64,000 nucleotides of DNA from positions 20,869-84,868 of the forward strand of contig JAGOPV010000001.1 of the NCBI GenBank assembly GCA_017991775.1, in the 5' to 3' direction. A program made the position numbers and the translations under genes. Source of the DNA: Candidatus Levyibacteriota bacterium. GTDB lineage: Bacteria > Patescibacteriota > Microgenomatia > Levybacterales > UBA12049. This document shows positions 59,649 to 64,000 of this stretch, one piece after another. Within the stretch, counting starts at the first letter, position 1, and each line of letters opens with the position of its first letter. Under the pieces are notes generated by a model that saw only the letters and a list, made by a program, of their open reading frames with translations, was not told the origin of the DNA and ran no database searches.

Positions 59649-60155
59649 ATGTATGATATCATAGGAAGCATGAAAAGAATTGGAATTTCCCTTGGCGCAC
59701 TTCTGGCTATCTACGTCCTCGCTGTTGTGATTATCAATTCCACTGGTAAAAAAACAGTCACAACCACTCCGGATCAGACGACATCTCAGACTACAAAAGT
59801 CACAAAAAAAGATCTAATCGTTGGCACAGGTACTGAAGCAAAAACTGGAGACACCGTCTCCGTTAACTATAAGGGCACGCTTACAAATGGAAAACAGTTC
59901 GATAGCTCATATGATAGAAAAGAGCCATTCACTTTCACTCTTGGAAAAGGCGAGGTCATAAAAGGCTGGGATGATGGGGTGGTTGGAATGAAAATTGGTG
60001 GAAAACGAAAGCTCACTATCCCACCAGAATTAGGATATGGCACTAATGCCCAAGGAGATATCCCTGCTAACTCGACACTCGTATTTGAAGTAGAGCTTCT
60101 CACTGTTAAATCATCAGGCGATAGTGCGCCAATTGATCCAGCAATAAATCTCTAA
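59649..60155 (+). CDS. FKBP-type peptidyl-prolyl cis-trans isomerase, membrane-anchored
   Basis: Signal anchor, T-rich linker, FKBP domain (VNYKGTLTNGKQFDSS.. GWDDGVVGMKIGGKRKLTIPPELGYG ..LVFEVELL). Confidence 0.85.
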   Translation: MYDIIGSMKRIGISLGALLAIYVLAVVIINSTGKKTVTTTPDQTTSQTTKVTKKDLIVGTGTEAKTGDTVSVNYKGTLTNGKQFDSSYDRKEPFTFTLGKGEVIKGWDDGVVGMKIGGKRKLTIPPELGYGTNAQGDIPANSTLVFEVELLTVKSSGDSAPIDPAINL

Positions 60156-60164
60156 ACCTACAAC

Positions 60165-60842
60165 ATGGAAATCATCTGCCTCTTCCTTCTTCAAGTATTC
60201 ATACTTTTCGTTCTCTCAAGATTCCTACAGAAATACCTTTCACAATTTATATTCAGCATAACTAAGAGTGAGAGAATAACAGTTTACGCAATGGCTGGAT
60301 TCTTCTTTATTGGCACAGTTATACATGAGTTCTCACACCTCATAATGGCTAATCTTCTCTTTGTTCATACGGGTAAAATGGAACTACTTCCAAAACTTGA
60401 AGGCAATTCTATAAGGCTTGGGAGTGTCGAGATCGTAAAACCAGACCCATTTCGCAGACTCTTAATTGGTGTTGCACCATTTTTGATGGGAACAACAATT
60501 ATTGTTTTAACTCTTTTTTCGGCCGATTTCTTCGATGCAACTCACACACTGTGGATTGGGATACTCGCACTTCTTATTGTCTTTCAAATTGGCAACACTA
60601 TGTTCTCTAGTAAAAAGGATATGGAGGGAGCGTCGTTCTTTCTCGTTCTGATCATTATCATTGCTATCACACTCTATCTTCTAGGATTTAGAACTTCACT
60701 CGAACAAATTAACGGCATTATCCCATCCGAACTGCTAAGACTTGGAGACCTTGGCAGTAAGTATCTACTCATTCCAATCGCAATTGACGTAGCTGCAATA
60801 GCTCTACTCTTTTTTGGTATCAAACTCATAGGTAGGAAATAG
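60165..60842 (+). CDS. Polytopic membrane protein with HExxH motif (putative zincin-type membrane metallopeptidase, DUF3267-like)
   Basis: Five to six TM helices and HEFSHLIMAN in the second helix. Confidence 0.4.
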   Translation: MEIICLFLLQVFILFVLSRFLQKYLSQFIFSITKSERITVYAMAGFFFIGTVIHEFSHLIMANLLFVHTGKMELLPKLEGNSIRLGSVEIVKPDPFRRLLIGVAPFLMGTTIIVLTLFSADFFDATHTLWIGILALLIVFQIGNTMFSSKKDMEGASFFLVLIIIIAITLYLLGFRTSLEQINGIIPSELLRLGDLGSKYLLIPIAIDVAAIALLFFGIKLIGRK

Positions 60843-60872
60843 TTTGCCAAAAAAAGACGCATCTACTACAAT

Positions 60873-62012
60873 GTGCAGACTCCTATGCATATAAATGTAC
60901 CTGAAAAAAAGCAACAGCGTTTTCTTGTTGCATCGCTTATTTCAAAAGACTCGTCAGTGGATGAGGCTTTTTTTGATATTAAAGAAACTCGAGATTTGAT
61001 TGATACCTACGGGGGTACAGTCGTGGACTATGCGATACAAAGAAGAGAGGTGCATGCAAGGGGTTCATATCTAGGAAGAGGAAAGGTCGAGGAGATAACT
61101 CAAAGCATTAAGGAGAATGATATCGATGTTGTAATTCTCAATGGCATTGTGAAACCAGGCCAGATCTTTGAAGTAAAAACTGACTTAAGTGTTGAGAACC
61201 CAAACATCATCGTCTGGGATAGAGTTGACCTGATTTTACAAATATTCTCCAAACACGCGAGTACAACTGAGGCAAAACTTCAGATTGAACTTGCTGCAAT
61301 GAGGCATATGGGTCCAAGGATCTATGACATGGGATATGTTCTATCACGACAAGGTGGAACTGTCGGAACAAGGGGGATTGGCGAAACAAATACAGAGCTA
61401 ATGAAAAGACACTGGCGTGATCAAATAAAAAAGACACAGGACAAAATCAACAAACTTGAATCAGAAAAGAAATTCCAACTTGAAAGACGTCAGCGAAATG
61501 GTGCTGTGAATATTTCAATAATCGGATATACCAATGCTGGCAAATCCTCTCTTTTCAATTTGCTCACTAATAAGAATAGACTGGTTGAAGATGCGCTCTT
61601 TGCAACTCTTGATAGCAATATTGGGAAAATGTATTTACCTGATGCAAAAATGGAAGTCCTCCTCTCTGACACCATTGGATTTATCAAAGACCTTCCGCCA
61701 TCACTTATTGATGCATTCCAGTCGACTCTGCTTGAATCGGTTTATTCTGACTTTCTCATCCATGTAATTGATGCATCCGATCCTCAAATTGATGTAAAGA
61801 TAGAAGCTGTGACGCGCGTACTAGAAGAGTTAAAGATAGTAAATAAATACCAAATCTATGTCTTTAACAAATCTGACATGCTTACGCCAGAGGAAAAGCT
61901 AGAATTGCAAGAACGCTTTGCAGATAAAGATCCACTATTCATTTCTGTAAAAAATAAGGTGGGAATTGAGGAGATATCTAAAAGACTTTCATTCTCGCTT
62001 CAGCAAAAATAA
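60873..62012 (+). CDS. hflX: GTPase HflX
   Basis: HflX N-domain, then the G domain with G1 GYTNAGKSSLFN, G3 DTIGF and NKSD; 379 aa. Confidence 0.85.
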   Translation: MQTPMHINVPEKKQQRFLVASLISKDSSVDEAFFDIKETRDLIDTYGGTVVDYAIQRREVHARGSYLGRGKVEEITQSIKENDIDVVILNGIVKPGQIFEVKTDLSVENPNIIVWDRVDLILQIFSKHASTTEAKLQIELAAMRHMGPRIYDMGYVLSRQGGTVGTRGIGETNTELMKRHWRDQIKKTQDKINKLESEKKFQLERRQRNGAVNISIIGYTNAGKSSLFNLLTNKNRLVEDALFATLDSNIGKMYLPDAKMEVLLSDTIGFIKDLPPSLIDAFQSTLLESVYSDFLIHVIDASDPQIDVKIEAVTRVLEELKIVNKYQIYVFNKSDMLTPEEKLELQERFADKDPLFISVKNKVGIEEISKRLSFSLQQK

Positions 62013-62594
62013 TTATTCTTCATCAGGATCTGGAGGAAGGAACTCTTCACCATTTGATTCAGACTTTGGATACTCAGAGGGCTTAAGCCAGTACACATAT
62101 GTACATCCAGTTGCAACCTTCTTTTCTCGGTCCCATCCAGAAGTAGAACACTTCTTCATTTTTTTACCACTGTTGGTCGTAAAGAGTACTAACTTTTCCC
62201 CACAAGATGGACAGTCCTCATCCAACTTTTCAGTAGCTCCATTTATCCATTCAACATAGTCGCAGCCTAGAGCTTTCTTTGTCTCCTTATCCCATGTGGA
62301 AGTAGAACACTTCTTCATTTTTTTACCAAAGCGGGTTGTCTGAAGGATAAGCGGTGAACCGCACTTTGGACATTTTTCATCAAGCGCTTCTGGCTCGACC
62401 TCAAGCCACTGAACATAGTCGCAACCAGTGTTTGACTTTGTTGCTGGATCCCAGGTGGATGTAGAACATCTTCGAAGCTTACGACCAGTTGCTGTTGTAA
62501 CAATTTCACTAAGAGGAGAACCACATTTTGGACAGACATCTGATTTAAGTGTATTTTCTTCTGGCATTTCCCGATTATACCTGAAGTGACTCAT
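62013..62594 (-). CDS. Triple zinc-ribbon repeat protein (topoisomerase-type C4 zinc-finger-like repeats)
   Basis: Three ~50-aa repeats of CP(K/S)CG(S/E)xL..T..GKKMKKCSTS.WD...K...GC.YV.W, i.e. four Cys per repeat, followed by an acidic tail. The stop abuts the hflX stop (convergent). Confidence 0.55.
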   Translation of the reverse strand: MSHFRYNREMPEENTLKSDVCPKCGSPLSEIVTTATGRKLRRCSTSTWDPATKSNTGCDYVQWLEVEPEALDEKCPKCGSPLILQTTRFGKKMKKCSTSTWDKETKKALGCDYVEWINGATEKLDEDCPSCGEKLVLFTTNSGKKMKKCSTSGWDREKKVATGCTYVYWLKPSEYPKSESNGEEFLPPDPDEE

Positions 62595-62612
62595 AGCGTG
62601 TCAATAAGAGGA

Positions 62613-62756
62613 ATTAAGAGAGGTCGTCAAACATACGGACTACGCTCAAAATTTCATTAAGAGAGGTCGTCCCACAAGGGGACTACGCTCAAAATTTCAT
62701 TAAGAGAGGTCGTCCCACAAGGGGACTACGCTCAAAATTTCATTAAGAGAGGTCGT
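62613..62756. repeat. 43-bp tandem repeat, 3.35 copies (attaagagaggtcgtc-N8-ggactacgctcaaaatttc)
   Basis: Copies at 62613, 62656, 62699 and a partial copy at 62742. Copies 2 and 3 are identical, with a GTCCC-acaag-GGGAC hairpin. Copy 1 differs only in the 8-nt core. The partial copy encodes the last codons and the stop of the ABC-transporter gene. Confidence 0.85.
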
Positions 62757-64000
62757 ATTTCTCGAGAAGCTTCTTATTACCGTCAATCTGATATTGGAGC
62801 AATTCCTGATACGGACCCTTCTCCTGAGCCAACTCTCCTGGACTTCCATGGGAGACAATTTTGCCTTGATCTAGAACTATGATAGAGTCTACGTTCTGAA
62901 TTGTTGAGAACCTGTGCGCGATAATGATAACAAGTCGATTCTTCATAAGATTCTCGAGTGCATCTTGCACATCCTTCTCAGATTTAGCATCAAGTGATGA
63001 CGTAGCTTCATCAAGAATAAGAATAGGAGCATCTTTCAAAATTGCCCTAGCTATCTGGATTCTTTGCTTCTGACCTCCCGAGAGTCTTACCCCCCTTTCT
63101 CCGACCTCGCTCTCAATCCCTTTTGGTAACTTCATAACAAAATCATATGCATTTGCCAACTTCAACGCTTCAACTACTTCTTTCTCGCTAGCGCCCTGTT
63201 TGCCATATGACACATTGTCTTTGATTGTTGAGGAAAAGAGCTCATTGTCCTGAAAAACAAGAGAGATATTCTGTCGCAGACTTGCATAATCTAGCTCTTT
63301 ATATGAAATATTGTTGATCAAAATATCTCCGCTTGTTGGATTATAAAATTTCAGAATAAGATTAATAATTGTAGACTTACCTGCTCCACTGTGACCAACT
63401 AGTGCTACTGCCTTGCCTTTCTTAATTTCGAAACTTACATCTTTAAGAATAGTATCTGACTCATCATATTTAAATGACACATTTTTAAAAGTTATTGACG
63501 GATTTAGAATTTTCCTTTGTTTTGGAATTTTTCTAAAGTCCTCCGTTGACTCAAGTCTAAGCACCTCAAAGAACTCCTTAGATCCCGCCTCAGCTCTTTG
63601 GATCTGAGTGAGTAGATATGACATCGCAAAAAGTGGAATCCTTGCTTGATTTACTAACTGCAAAATTAGTACCATTTCTCCTATTGTGAGTGTTCTTTGA
63701 TAGGTATTGTAGAAAACAAGTATATTGATTGCAAAGAGAATAATGTTCAGAGACAGACCTCTCATAAAATCAAATATATGAAATGTCTTACTTTGTCTTG
63801 CATAGATAACATTACTTGCGTCAAGATTTTTAGAAACATTTTCAAACTCTGATTTCTCTCGATTAAAGCTTTTTACTAAAGTAATATTACTAATAACCTC
63901 CTGCATTCTTCCTCGATTTCTATCTTCAATCTGATTCTTCAAAACCTCTTCTTTCCCCCAGCGCACAGTTGAGTAATAACTAAGTCCTAGGTAAATTGGG
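62743..64000 (-). CDS. ABC exporter, fused permease/ATPase (type I, MsbA-like); 3' part, 5' end beyond window
   Basis: Walker A GHSGAGKST, signature LSGGQKQR, Walker B ILILDEATS, and H-loop IIIAHR. Upstream TM helices continue past nt 64000. Confidence 0.85.
   Translation of the reverse strand, partial: PIYLGLSYYSTVRWGKEEVLKNQIEDRNRGRMQEVISNITLVKSFNREKSEFENVSKNLDASNVIYARQSKTFHIFDFMRGLSLNIILFAINILVFYNTYQRTLTIGEMVLILQLVNQARIPLFAMSYLLTQIQRAEAGSKEFFEVLRLESTEDFRKIPKQRKILNPSITFKNVSFKYDESDTILKDVSFEIKKGKAVALVGHSGAGKSTIINLILKFYNPTSGDILINNISYKELDYASLRQNISLVFQDNELFSSTIKDNVSYGKQGASEKEVVEALKLANAYDFVMKLPKGIESEVGERGVRLSGGQKQRIQIARAILKDAPILILDEATSSLDAKSEKDVQDALENLMKNRLVIIIAHRFSTIQNVDSIIVLDQGKIVSHGSPGELAQEKGPYQELLQYQIDGNKKLLEKYDLS

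Noticed and set aside
62613-62756. Possible CRISPR array (regular ~35-nt repeats separated by short variable cores)
   Set aside because: The variable cores are only 8 nt and two are identical, there are only about three units, and no cas genes are nearby. It is a 43-bp tandem repeat, not a CRISPR array.

Overview
This is a densely coded, AT-rich (roughly 38-40% GC by eye) bacterial chromosomal segment. It carries about 60 protein genes, one RNase P RNA (rnpB) and one tRNA-Pro(GGG). Most genes are streamlined housekeeping genes. Several traits give it a Candidate Phyla Radiation / Patescibacteria flavour, but that placement is inference only: IF-2 is very short, RNase Y has no TM helix, and sortase, PEGA, VanW and a fused UvrD-nuclease are present. 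Major blocks: (i) the 3' end of alaS, a large membrane protein plus sortase, an AMP/thymidine phosphorylase and mltG on the + strand; (ii) a long minus-strand block nusA-infB-(degenerate DHH)-rpsO-pnp-(Lon-like AAA+ without protease)-rnj-ftsK-rodZ-like; (iii) a membrane-anchored ClpC-like ATPase with a divergent dGTPase/SAMHD1-like HD protein; (iv) an hrcA-grpE-dnaK-orf-dnaJ operon with a CIRCE-like operator and a 7-bp x6 microsatellite at the grpE 5' end; (v) metG and tatD flanking a small GC-rich island; (vi) an envelope glycosylation cluster GT2 - GT-C (ArnT/PMT-like) - GT4 (WecA/MraY-like) - UbiA-family decaprenyl-phosphate-phosphoribosyltransferase-like; (vii) lysS, HDAC-like, a GC-rich GNAT-like ORF, murB, greA; (viii) VanW, tsaD, rmuC, UvrD-nuclease, rnpB, hup, rny, recX-recA, tRNA-Pro; (ix) hflX, a triple zinc-ribbon protein, a 43-bp tandem repeat that is not CRISPR, and the 3' part of an ABC exporter. 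No CRISPR array, transposase, integrase or clear toxin-antitoxin pair was seen. The more interesting leads are the polyprenyl-phospho-pentose-type glycosylation locus, the protease-less Lon ATPase inside an RNA-decay gene cluster, a catalytically degenerate DHH protein in the nusA-infB operon, the membrane-tethered Clp-like ATPase next to a dGTPase-like HD protein, and two unusual simple-sequence repeats.
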